Shown here: positions 50,280 through 61,793 of the stretch, one piece after another
Layout: every line of letters begins with the position of its first letter
Numbering within the stretch: the stretch's first letter is position 1
Assembly (NCBI GenBank): GCA_000165345.1
Contig: CM000434.1
Location: 928,001-992,000, forward strand
Direction of reading: 5' to 3'
Length of the DNA: 64,000 nt
The notes under the pieces: model-generated
The model's database searches: none
The model's input: the letters and a program-made list of their open reading frames with translations, nothing else
What the model was told of the DNA's origin: nothing
Position numbers and translations under genes: made by a program

Positions 50280-50875
50280 TTATTTAGGTATAGAATAAGA
50301 GGGAGTTGACCAACTTTCTTCAACACATTCTAGTACTTTACTATTATACTTATTTCTTTCCTTAACATACATTTCAGAAGCTATAGTGTTTGCAGGAGAA
50401 TTAGGATTTGGATCACTCAATAAGGATTGTATTGAAGTTAATACAGAAGCAATATCAATCAAAGCACTCCATTGATTCTGAAGTATATCTAAACATATCC
50501 TCCCGTCTGGATATATATTGGGATGAAACATTTTACTTAAGAATCTTACATCTGGAGGTTTTGTTGGATATTCTTCAGAGAATTGCATAATTAAGTTAAA
50601 GGTGCCTATTGGGGTTGAAGTGTATAAGTTAAATTTCTTGATAATATTAGACTTACCACTTTCCCAGAAAGTATCTTTTGGACCATTAATGATTGCCTGA
50701 CAATACATCATATTTTGTGAAAATGGCATTACACGGATACCCTGGTATACCTCTTTTCTAAGCTTATTAATATCATTAACAATTCTCCTTCTCTATCAGA
50801 AAGAATAGTCACACACATAAGTTATATGATTCAGGAATTTCTTCAATATGTTAAACTTACTGCACTAGTTGACAT
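50280..50875 (-). CDS. UBC2: Ubiquitin-conjugating enzyme E2, UBC2/RAD6 type. Two exons: 50861..50875 and 50280..50792, with a 68-nt intron at 50793..50860.
   Basis: Spliced product MSTSA|RRRIVNDINKLRKEVYQGIRV...[65 protein letters not shown] matches RAD6 (MSTPARRRLMRDFKR...[58 protein letters not shown]). The UBC active-site region [15 protein letters not shown] is present. Donor GTAAGTTT, acceptor ...TCTGATAG. Confidence 0.85.
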
Positions 50876-51126
50876 CCTGATTCTACCTAAATAGTAAACC
50901 TCTGATTGACGCTTATAAATTAGATTTATTGAATTTAATTAAGGAAACTCAAAAAAGAAAAAAACAAAGATAGACGTATTATAAGTTTAGAAGAGATGCA
51001 TTAATTAGATTTTGATTATATTTTCTCACGTTTTTATGTAATTTTTTTTTTTTTTAAGAATGACCTTTTTCTTCACAATTTTTATTCGAGGGTATTCCAC
51101 ATACTAGAATAAAAAGGAATAAAAAA

Positions 51127-51155
51127 TTGCATGTGCCCGCCCAAAATGGCCCGCC
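51127..51155. promoter_or_regulatory. Divergent UBC2 / RPL10 promoter: TGCATGTG plus tandem E2F-like GC boxes (CCCGCCCAAAATGGCCCGCC)
   Basis: ttgcatgtgcccgcccaaaatggcccgcc at 51127-51155, lying between UBC2 (minus, ATG at 50875) and RPL10 (plus, ATG at 51594). Confidence 0.5.
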
Positions 51156-51593
51156 TAAAGACGAGTATATAAAAATGTCTCAATTATAGATGATTAAGAT
51201 TAATTAATATTGAATGAGAGAAAGGTTGGTTGTTAAATAATAAAAAAAAGGTGAATAAAAAATAAAAAGACGAGACAACATAAATAATAAATAAAGGAAA
51301 TAATAGAAATTAATTAGGGTATATATATAGTGATTAAAAGAAGTGTATAGAGAACAAATAATTAAAGAATACACAAATAAATATAAATATAAATAAAAAA
51401 TAAGTTGATATTTATATAGGGTAAGGAATAAGTACTAAATAACATTTGAAATAGGAAATATATAGAAAATAAATTATACGTGTCGATTTTCGACTAAATT
51501 ACGAAACGTAAAATTTAAGGGAAAAAATAGCAATAGATCATCCAAAGTATTAATTATTATTTCTTTTAATTGATATTATTTGGAAGAGAAACA

Positions 51594-52262
51594 ATGGCAC
51601 GTCGTCCAGCAAGATGTTATAGATATTGCAGGGGAAAACCATACCCAAAGTCACGTTTCTGCCGTGGTGTACCAGACCCAAAGATTCGTATTTACGATGT
51701 TGGTAGAAAGAAGGCAGAATGTGATGCTTTCCCAGCAGTAATTCACTTGATTTCTGATGAATACGAACAAATTTCCAGTGAAGCTTTGGAAGCTGCTCGT
51801 ATTTCTGCTAACAAGTACATGATCAAGTTTTGTGGTAAGGATAACTTCCACTTAAGAATTAGAGTACATCCATTCCACGTACTCAGAATTAATAAAATGC
51901 TTTCATGTGCTGGTGCCGATAGGCTCCAGACTGGTATGAGAGGTGCTTATGGTAAACCAACAGGTACTGCTGCTCGTGTGAATATTGGTCAGGTCTTGAT
52001 GTCCATTAGATGCAAGGAAGATAAGACCCAGACTGCAGTAATGGCCTTGAGAAGAGCCAAATATAAGTTCCCAGGAAGACAAAAGGTCGTTGTCTCAGAC
52101 AAGTGGGGTTTCACTAAGTTCACCAAGGAGGAATACCTCAAATATCAAGCTGAGGGCAGAATTGTTCCTGATGGAGTTAACTGCAAATACATTAGTTGCC
52201 GTGGATCTCTTTCTAGAATCTTCCCAGAAGCTGCTAATATTAATATTCCACTTGATGACTAA
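51594..52262 (+). CDS. RPL10: 60S ribosomal protein L10 (uL16 / QM)
   Basis: [37 protein letters not shown]...[37 protein letters not shown] is a canonical L10/QM sequence. The start is placed at the conserved MARRPARCY (51594) rather than the upstream in-frame ATG at 51570 used by the ORF track. Confidence 0.93.
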   Translation: MARRPARCYRYCRGKPYPKSRFCRGVPDPKIRIYDVGRKKAECDAFPAVIHLISDEYEQISSEALEAARISANKYMIKFCGKDNFHLRIRVHPFHVLRINKMLSCAGADRLQTGMRGAYGKPTGTAARVNIGQVLMSIRCKEDKTQTAVMALRRAKYKFPGRQKVVVSDKWGFTKFTKEEYLKYQAEGRIVPDGVNCKYISCRGSLSRIFPEAANINIPLDD

Positions 52263-54062
52263 GCAGTAGGGAGGTGATTGAATGAAGGAAATATATATTT
52301 ACTTTGTGGATTATTGGCAGCTGTTATCTTTATAACTCGCCATATGTCCCATTGTTAAGATATTTATTATTTTCAACATTTATTTCATTAATATCCAAGC
52401 ATAGAAGTAATATTAATAATTCTTATTACAATGTTTATAACAGTTTTTTGTTTTATTTCATTTCCGTGCCTTTTTTTGTTAGTTTCACAAGTGGGAGAAA
52501 ATGTATTTTAACTTAAATAATGTAATGGGTAAAAAATTTTTGGTTTTGTTATTCTATTTATCAAGAACAAACAAATCTCTTATTTTTCCCTCCATTGCTA
52601 ATAATATTTCCTTTGGGGGAAAATTCTCTAAAATTTTGATCCAAATGAATCTCCAATAGCACTGATATGACTGTCAATACTAGAAATTTGTGCAAAAATC
52701 TCATTCAAATATGCATGCTTAGATTTTTTGTTGACACGTGTGGCGGTAAAAGCATGCAAATTTGTAAATACGTGTTTTGCAGATTCGCCGTACCGGTATT
52801 GCCAGTGTGAATTTTAACCACATAAACATGAATATGTGCATGCACAATTAAATTAGTTGTGAGGAACTAATGCTAAATTTTTACAAACAATTAAAATAAT
52901 TAAAAATTTTAGAATTTGAAATTCAATAGTTTTACCTTCAATCTCAAGAAGGAATATGCAATATATATATATGCATGTAAATATATATTAAAATAAACAA
53001 GAATCAATGAAATGACAAACTTAATTCAAATTTTCATTTATTCAATAAGCTATTATTTAATGAAAAATTGCAATTTTTAAGTCATTTATGTTCAGAAAAA
53101 TTAGGCGCCAATGCATTCCTTCATAATATTTCCTATTCCACCCCCCACATTACATTTGTTTTACTTGTAATGCTATTTGTGCAAGAAGTATAAAGCATAT
53201 ACAATTTTTGGAAATAAGTCAAAATTAAGAAAGGAATAAAATTTGGGATTTGAATTATTCAAAACTTTAAGAGCACGATTTGTGAACAATTTGGTATTCA
53301 AAAAGAAAAAAAAACAAGTAAACTTCAGAATATAGGTCACCCAGAGACAAAAAATATAGTTCTATTATTTTCATTAATATAAAAAAGCGACATACCAAAA
53401 TATAAATGGAGTTTATATTATTATTATTATTGTTATCGGGTCTCAAATAAAAAAATAAACTTTACTTCAAAATCTAATTTTGTATTAATATTTAATTTAT
53501 TTGTATTGGCTATAAACTGATCCAAGCAATAATCTCAGGAAGATATAAATAAATACCAATTAATACAGAAGGCAATAATAATAATAATAATTTTTAACTT
53601 TCTAATAGTTTATTCATACTTTTACACGCAAATTTATATTTTCAGATTCTGGAATTATTGCAAGTTTTTCTGTCGCAGAATTTGGCGGGCATAATTTCAA
53701 GATAATTCTTATGGTTGATCATAATTAAAAATATTTTTTCATTTTTGCCAACAAATTTGTTGGCTGAAGAAATAATAAAAGATAAACATTAAATTAATCT
53801 AAAGGAAAAATTGGAATTACGAAGTTTTTTTTTCTAGGGTGGAATTAAGCTATAATTATTAAGAAGATCTAAAACACACAAAACATAAGATAATTAGAGA
53901 TCTGAATGAATAAGTTCTCATTTATATTTGCTCATATATAATATATCTTAATAAAAGATTATAATATATGAACATTGTTATATTTACACACATTTATCAC
54001 ATAAATTGCAAATTTCCCAAGTATTTTAATATCTTTGGGAATTCTACTTATAACTTACTTTC

Positions 54063-55577
54063 ATGCAGCCATTAAAAGATCCACTTAATGACAGAGTTGT
54101 AAAGGAGTCTGACCCTCCTCCTCCACTTCCAATTACTGAAGAATTGCTTTTTCCAAATGGAATTGAAGGTAATCCTGATTGGAGAATTCTTAAATCACAC
54201 TTATTAAGAGAGGGACGCGTAAGAAAAGATCATCTATTGGAAATTGTTAGAAGAACTTCTGAAATTACTGCAAACGAATCAAACCTCTTAAGATTAAGAG
54301 ATCCAATTACTGTTGTTGGTGATATTCATGGACAATATTACGATCTAGTTAAATTACTAGACGTTGGTGGTGATCCTGAAACTACACAATATCTATTCTT
54401 AGGAGATTATGTTGACAGAGGATCTTTCTCTATTGAGGTCTTATTGCTACTATATTCATTAAAGCTAAATTATCCAGATACTGTCTATTTACTTAGAGGA
54501 AATCACGAATGTAGACAAATGACAACTTTTTTCAATTTTCGTGATGAATGTGAATACAAGTATGATTCAACTGTACATGGATATTTTATGGAATCCTTTG
54601 ATACTCTTCCAATTGCTGCAATTATTAATGGAAAGTTCTTTTGCGTACATGGTGGACTTTCTCCTGAATTACGTTCAGTTGACCAAATTCTAACAATTAA
54701 TAGATTCCAAGAACCACCAAGATCCGGACTTTACTGTGATATTTTATGGGCTGATCCTATTGATGAAAAAGATGAAACTGAAACTTCTGAAGAACATTTC
54801 GTGACCAATGATGTCAGAGGATGCTCATATTTTTTTGCTACTCAAGCAAGTAACAAGTTTCTTGATCAAAATGGATTACTTTCTATTGTAAGAGCTCATG
54901 AGGCACAATTAGAAGGTTTTAAGATGCACAGTCCAAATGTAAAAACAAGATTTCCATCTGTAATCACAATTTTCAGTGCTCCGAATTATTGTGATGTATA
55001 TAATAATAAAGGTGCTATTCTCAAGTTTGAAAATAACACTTTAAATATACAACAATTCAATTTCTCTGCTCATCCATATTATTTACCAAACTTTTTGGAC
55101 ATATTTTCATGGTCTCTTCCTTTTGTATCGGAAAAAGTTACTGAAATGTTATATTCTATTATACAACCTGTTGCAACTTCTTCTTCTGAACCTATGGAAC
55201 TTGAAGAAGAAGATTTACCTGATGATGTACGTAGATTAATGGATGCATTTTGCATTAATGAAGATGGAAAGTTACCAGAAGAGGTTGCTAGTCTTGGTTC
55301 TTCAATTATTAGATCTGCACAACCAGCTTCTAGTGTTATTTCAAAGGAAAGAGCTGATACTCTCAGAAAGAAAGTTCAAAGTGTTGCTCGTATTATGAGA
55401 GTATTTTCAACTCTTAGAGAGCAAAATGAACTTATTGTTAAGCTCAAGGGTGTCACCCCTGGCCATAGAATACCCATGGGATTACTCCTTGGTGGAAGGG
55501 ATGCTCTTGAAAATGAATTAGAAAAGTTCAACAAAGTTAAAACTATGGATGCATACAATGAAAGAAGACCTTATTAA
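54063..55577 (+). CDS. Serine/threonine protein phosphatase 2B (calcineurin A) catalytic subunit
   Basis: PPP-family motifs GDIHGQ, GDYVDRG, LRGNHE, plus calcineurin-specific blocks (DRVVKE..., LPNFLDIFSWSLPFVSEKVTEMLYSI = CnB-binding helix region, and the C-terminal ARIMRVFSTLREQNELIVKLKGVTPG regulatory region). A TTTGGCGGG box at 53681-53689 lies about 375 bp upstream. Confidence 0.9.
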   Translation: MQPLKDPLNDRVVKESDPPPPLPITEELLFPNGIEGNPDWRILKSHLLREGRVRKDHLLEIVRRTSEITANESNLLRLRDPITVVGDIHGQYYDLVKLLDVGGDPETTQYLFLGDYVDRGSFSIEVLLLLYSLKLNYPDTVYLLRGNHECRQMTTFFNFRDECEYKYDSTVHGYFMESFDTLPIAAIINGKFFCVHGGLSPELRSVDQILTINRFQEPPRSGLYCDILWADPIDEKDETETSEEHFVTNDVRGCSYFFATQASNKFLDQNGLLSIVRAHEAQLEGFKMHSPNVKTRFPSVITIFSAPNYCDVYNNKGAILKFENNTLNIQQFNFSAHPYYLPNFLDIFSWSLPFVSEKVTEMLYSIIQPVATSSSEPMELEEEDLPDDVRRLMDAFCINEDGKLPEEVASLGSSIIRSAQPASSVISKERADTLRKKVQSVARIMRVFSTLREQNELIVKLKGVTPGHRIPMGLLLGGRDALENELEKFNKVKTMDAYNERRPY

Positions 55578-55986
55578 GATATTTATCATATCTTTTGTTT
55601 ATATCTCAAACTATCAAAGGAGTATAATTTCACGATTTTTTTTTTTTAAGTTTATCAAAGAAATACACTTTGTTTTACAACATTTAGACAGAACAAATAA
55701 AAAAAAAAAGAAACTCTGATGAAGTAATATATGTTTAATCTGCAATGGTTTATTTCTATCACATTTTCTCTTGTATCTTTATAATATATACAATATATAG
55801 AAAAAAAAAAAGAACTTAATTATGTGATTACTTTTAAATATATAGTTCTCGGGTACCGAAAAGCTAGTTATTAGCCATCCATTAACCCCTCTTTTCTTTC
55901 AACATTAATTCAATTGGTATAAACTCGGAAAAGAATCATATGATCAGTAATATGAGATTTCTTTTAATTATTTTCATAACATTAGC

Positions 55987-58900
55987 TCATCTTTTCTTTG
56001 CAGTAACAGTTCTCTTTGGTCTTCCAGGTCTTGGAATTCCTGTAGAAGATGAAGAAATTGTCACACCTATTTGGTTACTAGATCCTATTGGACTGCTAAT
56101 AGCTTCCAGAAAATTCTCTTGTGCTGCTGTATTTTCATTAGATGAAATATGGTTTTCATCAATTGGAGAGCTTTGATAAAAGTTTGATGATTTTAAAGAA
56201 TCTAGTGAGCCTTGCTTTTGCTCTGATTTTGAGGAAATTATTGAAGGATTTTTACTAAGATTTAAAGTATTTTCTGAATAAATATTCAAATTTTCATCAT
56301 TAATAATATTCTCTCGTTCTTTTCTCTTTTCTGATCTATCAATTCCATTTGGCTGTTGTACTTCTTCCCTTAAAAACAAATCAGAAGAGCCAACAGTTGT
56401 TTCTTGGATAAACTGAGAAATGTTTAATGATCTCATTTCATCGCACTTTACATTTCCCCAGTTGAAACAAGATAAATTTGGTAATTCCTCCCCTCGAAGA
56501 TTTAATTGAGAATTTAACATTTCATCGCCTTTTTTGTTCTCATCATTAAATGGATCCAACATTTTATGGGTTTGGTTAAAATCAATATTGGGTCTCGGTA
56601 AAGTTTCAATATAGTAATCAACATATTTCATTGGAGATAAACATCTTTCTCTTAAAATAGGAATACTGTAGCTTTGTCTCCTACTTGGAGTTTGTCCTGA
56701 GGCTGGGCTGGTCTTTGCAACAACATTCTCAATCTCTATTAATCCTTGAAGGACTTTATCTAGAATCTTGGGTAAGTCTTTTACCGGACTGGAAGAATCC
56801 TTCTTCTCATTATTTCCAGATTTTTCATGAGAGAAGTTTGAGAAAGCAGTAACTTCACCCAAAAGTTGAATCATATCATTAATCTTCACCTGAATATTAC
56901 TTTGGAAGGATGTCAAGTTATAACCAAAATAATCATCAATACATGATGATAATTCACTATAAGAGCTGTTCTGTAGATTCACTACAGATGAAACATTATT
57001 AACACAACTTTGAATTGAGCTAGCGCTTAATTCGGATATTTCTGTAAACTTGGAATTAATTTGATCAAATTGTTCATTCCTAATCTTGGAAAAGTCAGAA
57101 AATCCTTCAATCAACTTTTTCTCTCCAAGGTGAGAAATTGAATGAACAAGTTCTCCAAGCTCATTCTTTCTCTTTTCAAGACAGTCTGTCTGATCTTTAA
57201 CAAGCTCTAATTGAGCCAATTCTAATTGTTCAATTCGGCCATTAGTTTCACGAAGCAAATTCTTATTTGCTAAATACCCATTTTCTAATTCATTAATGAT
57301 CTTTTCTCTCAAATCATCCACTTGTTTGAAAAGCCTCTCCTTTTCATCAATCAAGGCTTTGGAAGTTTCTTCAACAAAGTTATCAACTAATTTACAGAAT
57401 TGATTTTTCATTCCCTTGGATTTCTCATCCAAACTTGATAATTGTTCAGAAAGACGTTGATCAATCTCAATTTGGTGTGACTTTGCAAGATGTTCAACAG
57501 AACCTACAAGCTGCTGAGAGAATACTGTATCTAATTGTGTTTCACATCCTTTTGAATGATCTTTGTAATCTTGAACAAGACTCTGACAACGTTCATTTGA
57601 GAGCTTAAGCCTTTCTAATTGATTAGTAATATCCATTGATATCTTTTCTGTATCAGTTGAGCAATCTACAAGTCCCTTTCTAATTTCATCTTTAATTCTA
57701 GTAGTTATTTCATCTTGAGTTTTAAGACATTTTTTTAAATTTTCCTTTGCATTATTCATACCAGCATAAAGTTCTTCTGTTAAAGATTGTTCTAGAGAAT
57801 CAGAGAGCATAGAGATAACGTTATTACAAAGCTTTTTTCCAGTGTCAATCATTCCAATGATTTCAACATGTGAAAGTTGGCTTTTATTTTTCCAGTGAAC
57901 AAGTAAATCCTGATTGAGATCATTATATAGAATTTCAAGGCATTCCCTAGTCTTTTTCTCAGTTAACTGAATATCACTAATAAGTTGTTGTTGGAGCTTA
58001 AATAGTTGAGTATTCTGAGAAGATTGGAAAAGCTCAGATCCAATAATTTTTCTATGTAATTTTCCAATGTTCTCTAAAGATTGATTCATTTGCATAAATA
58101 AGTCTTTATACTTTTCATGATAAAGCTTGGCATGTTTTGAAACATGAATATTAGCAAAGTCTCCAGCTCTAACACGTAAAGATTTCTCATTTAGTTGATC
58201 AGTAAGGCTATTAACAGTAGATTCCATTTCTTTATAAAGAGCATGTTGATTTTGGAGTTCAGATTCCATTTCAACAATTTCATTAGCCTGGGATTGAAGT
58301 TTGCTTTCCATCTCGTTAAACTGAGAAAGAGGTAAATAAACTCCATTCTTTTCTCTATTGCATTGTAGTTCTTGTTTAAGTTTTTCAATTTCACAATTCA
58401 TTTCTCTGATCATGACTTTCTTTGTCATCTTTTGATTGACTACTGGCATATTCTTAATATTCTTAGCTCTGTGAGCATAGTCTAAAGTATTAAGAGTTTC
58501 TTCGAGATAAATAGAGGAAGCCGTGATAGTTGCAATAATGCAAGTCTTTGTACGGCCTCCCAAACTATCCTGTAAAAGACGTGTTAGCTTTGAATCTCTA
58601 TAAGGAACATAACTTGAGTGTTCTACTAAGGCGTTAATTACACGACCTAATGTTAACAAGCTTTGATTAATCATTCCTGCTTCCTTAGCCCGATCTTTTA
58701 CTGCATTTGCTCCGCTTCTTTGAATATTCTCGGACCCTGCTAAGTCTACCAGGTTCAACTTTCCCACCTTTAAAACATCTTCTCCATCTATGTTTGTTTC
58801 TTTGGTGTGGATTGTAATTGTGAAAATACAATGACTTCTAGAAGATGATTTATTTAATAAAGTCTCAGCTGTTCGTCTTTTTCTCACTGCAGTGGAAAGT

Positions 58901-59541
58901 ATATTAAGTATGTCTTGTGCTTTATTTACAGGAATCTCCTCAAGTCGATCCACATTTAGACCTCTCTTACCAGCAATATCATCATAGATTCTTAAATTAA
59001 GCTTTTCATCACTCAATAAATCTGATAACTCCTCATTATATATCTCCAAATACGAAACTCGAACCCCATATTCCGTGTATTGACTTTCCAACCTCTCAAA
59101 AATAAGTTGCACAGCTCTTGGAATAATTCCTGCATGCTCAGTCAGTTCCAAATTACTTGATTCCAGATACTCCTTCATATCACCCTCCATTGTATAAGTC
59201 TTCCCAGTTCCTGTCTGTCCATATGCAAAGATTGTACAATTAAAACCTAATAGTACTTCATCCACAATAGGAACCACATATTGTTTAAAAAGCTCTCTTT
59301 GTGAAGTGAATGACCCACAAACTCCATCAAAAGTAAACAGCTTGGTAGAGTATGAGTCAAATTTACGACTCAAAGATTGGTGAGAGACAACAATTTCTTT
59401 GGAATCTGGCTTAACTTGCAAAACATTACTGTTACTAGGGTCTTTCTTTTCCTGTTCTGTCAAAGGTCTGCATCGAACAATTACCTTCACATTTACTCCG
59501 TTCTCCTCAATAGTATTCTGACGGGGTTTTGAATTCTTCAT
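55987..59541 (-). CDS. Kinesin-5 (BimC/Eg5-type) motor protein (1184 aa)
   Basis: N-terminal motor with P-loop GQTGTGKTYTM, switch motifs (SSRSH, DLAGSE), and a neck/linker RAKNIKNMPVVNQKMTKKVMIREMNCEIEKLKQEL that closely matches Eg5 ([35 protein letters not shown]). This is followed by a long coiled-coil stalk and tail. Confidence 0.9.
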   Translation of the reverse strand: MKNSKPRQNTIEENGVNVKVIVRCRPLTEQEKKDPSNSNVLQVKPDSKEIVVSHQSLSRKFDSYSTKLFTFDGVCGSFTSQRELFKQYVVPIVDEVLLGFNCTIFAYGQTGTGKTYTMEGDMKEYLESSNLELTEHAGIIPRAVQLIFERLESQYTEYGVRVSYLEIYNEELSDLLSDEKLNLRIYDDIAGKRGLNVDRLEEIPVNKAQDILNILSTAVRKRRTAETLLNKSSSRSHCIFTITIHTKETNIDGEDVLKVGKLNLVDLAGSENIQRSGANAVKDRAKEAGMINQSLLTLGRVINALVEHSSYVPYRDSKLTRLLQDSLGGRTKTCIIATITASSIYLEETLNTLDYAHRAKNIKNMPVVNQKMTKKVMIREMNCEIEKLKQELQCNREKNGVYLPLSQFNEMESKLQSQANEIVEMESELQNQHALYKEMESTVNSLTDQLNEKSLRVRAGDFANIHVSKHAKLYHEKYKDLFMQMNQSLENIGKLHRKIIGSELFQSSQNTQLFKLQQQLISDIQLTEKKTRECLEILYNDLNQDLLVHWKNKSQLSHVEIIGMIDTGKKLCNNVISMLSDSLEQSLTEELYAGMNNAKENLKKCLKTQDEITTRIKDEIRKGLVDCSTDTEKISMDITNQLERLKLSNERCQSLVQDYKDHSKGCETQLDTVFSQQLVGSVEHLAKSHQIEIDQRLSEQLSSLDEKSKGMKNQFCKLVDNFVEETSKALIDEKERLFKQVDDLREKIINELENGYLANKNLLRETNGRIEQLELAQLELVKDQTDCLEKRKNELGELVHSISHLGEKKLIEGFSDFSKIRNEQFDQINSKFTEISELSASSIQSCVNNVSSVVNLQNSSYSELSSCIDDYFGYNLTSFQSNIQVKINDMIQLLGEVTAFSNFSHEKSGNNEKKDSSSPVKDLPKILDKVLQGLIEIENVVAKTSPASGQTPSRRQSYSIPILRERCLSPMKYVDYYIETLPRPNIDFNQTHKMLDPFNDENKKGDEMLNSQLNLRGEELPNLSCFNWGNVKCDEMRSLNISQFIQETTVGSSDLFLREEVQQPNGIDRSEKRKERENIINDENLNIYSENTLNLSKNPSIISSKSEQKQGSLDSLKSSNFYQSSPIDENHISSNENTAAQENFLEAISSPIGSSNQIGVTISSSSTGIPRPGRPKRTVTAKKR

Positions 59542-59768
59542 ATAATTTTAACTTCAATTTATCTTCTCAAGTGGGTTTTTTTCTTTCTCTAAAGAGAGAA
59601 AACCAACTCTCCAATTTTCTTCCCTCTAGAATGTTAGTTTTCCAATTGGATTCGTAAAAATTTCTAAAATTTCTACAATTTATCAAAGTTATTCTTTTTC
59701 AGACAAAAATTGTAATTATTTGTCTTTCGTTATATTATTAATTAATTCTGCTAATTTTTGCTTACCCA

Positions 59769-59820
59769 CATGTGCATGTGTTCATTTGGGCGCCAACGAC
59801 ATTTTGTTAATACCGGTATT
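59769..59820. promoter_or_regulatory. Divergent kinesin-5 / TBC promoter: CATGTGCATGTG, TTTGGGCGCCAAC, AATACCGGTATTG
   Basis: catgtgcatgtg at 59769-59780, tttgggcgccaac at 59785-59797, ataccggtatt at 59810-59820, between the minus-strand ATG at 59541 and the plus-strand ATG at 60123. Confidence 0.5.
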
Positions 59821-60122
59821 GAAATTTGTAATAATACTGCTTCTTTTTGCCCCCCATTTCCTAGAAGCTTTCAAATGAGGGGCGCACACGCAATAAAAAT
59901 GGTTGGTTGGTTGTTGGGGGGCAGACTGACAATTTAGCAAGGCATCATCTAATAAGGCAAATTACACGTTGGAAGTGAATTTTGTGATTTGTAATTAATA
60001 ATAAATTTTTTCAAAAATAAGAAAAAACAAGGGAGATGCTGTTTTAATTGCAAAGAAAAGGTCAATTTATGCTAGATTAAAATAATTGAGTGTGTGCATG
60101 TTGGAAGAGAAGTTAATTAGGA

Positions 60123-61235
60123 TTGTTACACCTACATATGAGTTCTTTTGTATCCACAAGCAGTAGTAGGTGCCAAACAGAAGAAAATGAGCTCGAACAA
60201 GCTATTAGAGAATGCAAGGAGCTGCTCCAGGATTCACCTCAGTTATTGTATGAGCATTCATATAAGAAATGGAATCGCATGATTAATAAGGGATTGGATT
60301 ACTTTGTCAAAGAACACCCAAAGACTCTAAGAAGAAGGTTAGCTAGAGGAGTACCACAAGACTTTAGATGGAAAATTTGGAACTCTTTATTACAGATTTC
60401 TTCTCTAGATGATGAGGATAAAATTAATGAAAAGGTTTCTCAAAGCTTAAGAAACTCGAATTTTTTTTTGGAAATATTTAATATCAATGACCAGAATTCT
60501 CCGAATTTTCAGTCTCCAACCATTAATTTTATATATTGTAATTATTACGATTATGCTGCCAAATTTCTAAACAAATATTCCCCTCTGATAAGTATTGATG
60601 TTCCACGAACTTTTCCAGAACTCAATATTTTTAGAGACCAAGCATCTCAGGAATGCCTTTTTAGAGTATTAAATGCTACTGCAAACCATATTCCTGATGT
60701 TGGGTATTGCCAGGGAATGAATTTTATTGCAGCTTTATTATTAATAACCAGTAACTTTGATCAAGAAAGAAGTTTCTATTCATTAATACTAATACTAGAA
60801 ACATATGGACTTTCTGGATTTTATAAAGATCAATTCCCACTATTAACCAAGTATATTCAAGCATTTGACACAATGTTTCAGACAAATATTCCCAAGCTTT
60901 GGAAACATTTTCAAGATGAAGGAATCTTTGATCCTGTTTATCTTCATCCTTGGTTCCTTACTCTATTTGTTTCAACTCTTCCGCTCAAAACTGTTGTCAT
61001 TATATGGGATTACTTGCTAGCAAATGGCCTTCAATCATTAATTTCCATAGCTATAGCGCTTCTTAAGACCCTTGAGTCCTCTTTGATTGGACAATCAATG
61101 GAAAATATTATCCAATTCTTTAAATCCCTTCGTATTTCAGTTGGGATAAATGACGTCACATGTGCTAGAATGTTGCTTTCAAAGGCAAAGAACATCCATA
61201 TTTCCGAAGAAATACTTGCTACTTTTAAGGTTTAG
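60123..61235 (+). CDS. TBC-domain Rab GTPase-activating protein
   Basis: Arg-finger motif RGVPQDFRWKIWNSLL (IxxDxxR / RxxxW) and Gln-finger YCQGMNFIAALLL (YxQ). About 370 aa, essentially domain-only. Confidence 0.85.
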   Translation: MLHLHMSSFVSTSSSRCQTEENELEQAIRECKELLQDSPQLLYEHSYKKWNRMINKGLDYFVKEHPKTLRRRLARGVPQDFRWKIWNSLLQISSLDDEDKINEKVSQSLRNSNFFLEIFNINDQNSPNFQSPTINFIYCNYYDYAAKFLNKYSPLISIDVPRTFPELNIFRDQASQECLFRVLNATANHIPDVGYCQGMNFIAALLLITSNFDQERSFYSLILILETYGLSGFYKDQFPLLTKYIQAFDTMFQTNIPKLWKHFQDEGIFDPVYLHPWFLTLFVSTLPLKTVVIIWDYLLANGLQSLISIAIALLKTLESSLIGQSMENIIQFFKSLRISVGINDVTCARMLLSKAKNIHISEEILATFKV

Positions 61236-61793
61236 CCTGATTTTCTTTACTCTTTACTTTTTTTTATAAAATAATTTTTAGCCATATATATTATTAACTT
61301 TTAATCTTTCCAATACATTTATTTATATTTTTCTAAACAAATACAATGCTTACTGCTTGTTTTTTCGTTATATCCTTCCTTTTATATAGTATCCTCTCTC
61401 CCCCTCCCAAATTCCCTCCTATATTAACTATCACTCATCCTTATATAGAATTATTTATCCTATAACTATTTAGACTGCATTTATTCGACAAATTATTTAA
61501 AAAAAAATAGAGCTTTGCTAATGTAAAATATGGTAAAAAAAACGTAATCCTGAAGACCAATCCTATTGATCACTTTTCTTAAATTAGTCGTTTTAAAATA
61601 ACAAAACAATCAAAACATACAAAATAAAAAAGATTTATGACTAACTTTGAAAAAAAAAATCATTTTTTACTAAACAATATCCAAAAATTTTCCCGCCTTT
61701 GCTATGAATTTTCTTATTAATCCTTGATTGTATAAATATAAATTATACAATTCTTAAAGAACTAATTCAAAAAATATTAATTAGTAAACTTTA

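Noticed and set aside
51570-51593. Upstream in-frame ATG (MILFGRET...) as the RPL10 start
   Set aside because: Ribosomal protein L10 universally begins M(A/G)RRPARCYR, and the ATG at 51594 gives exactly that.
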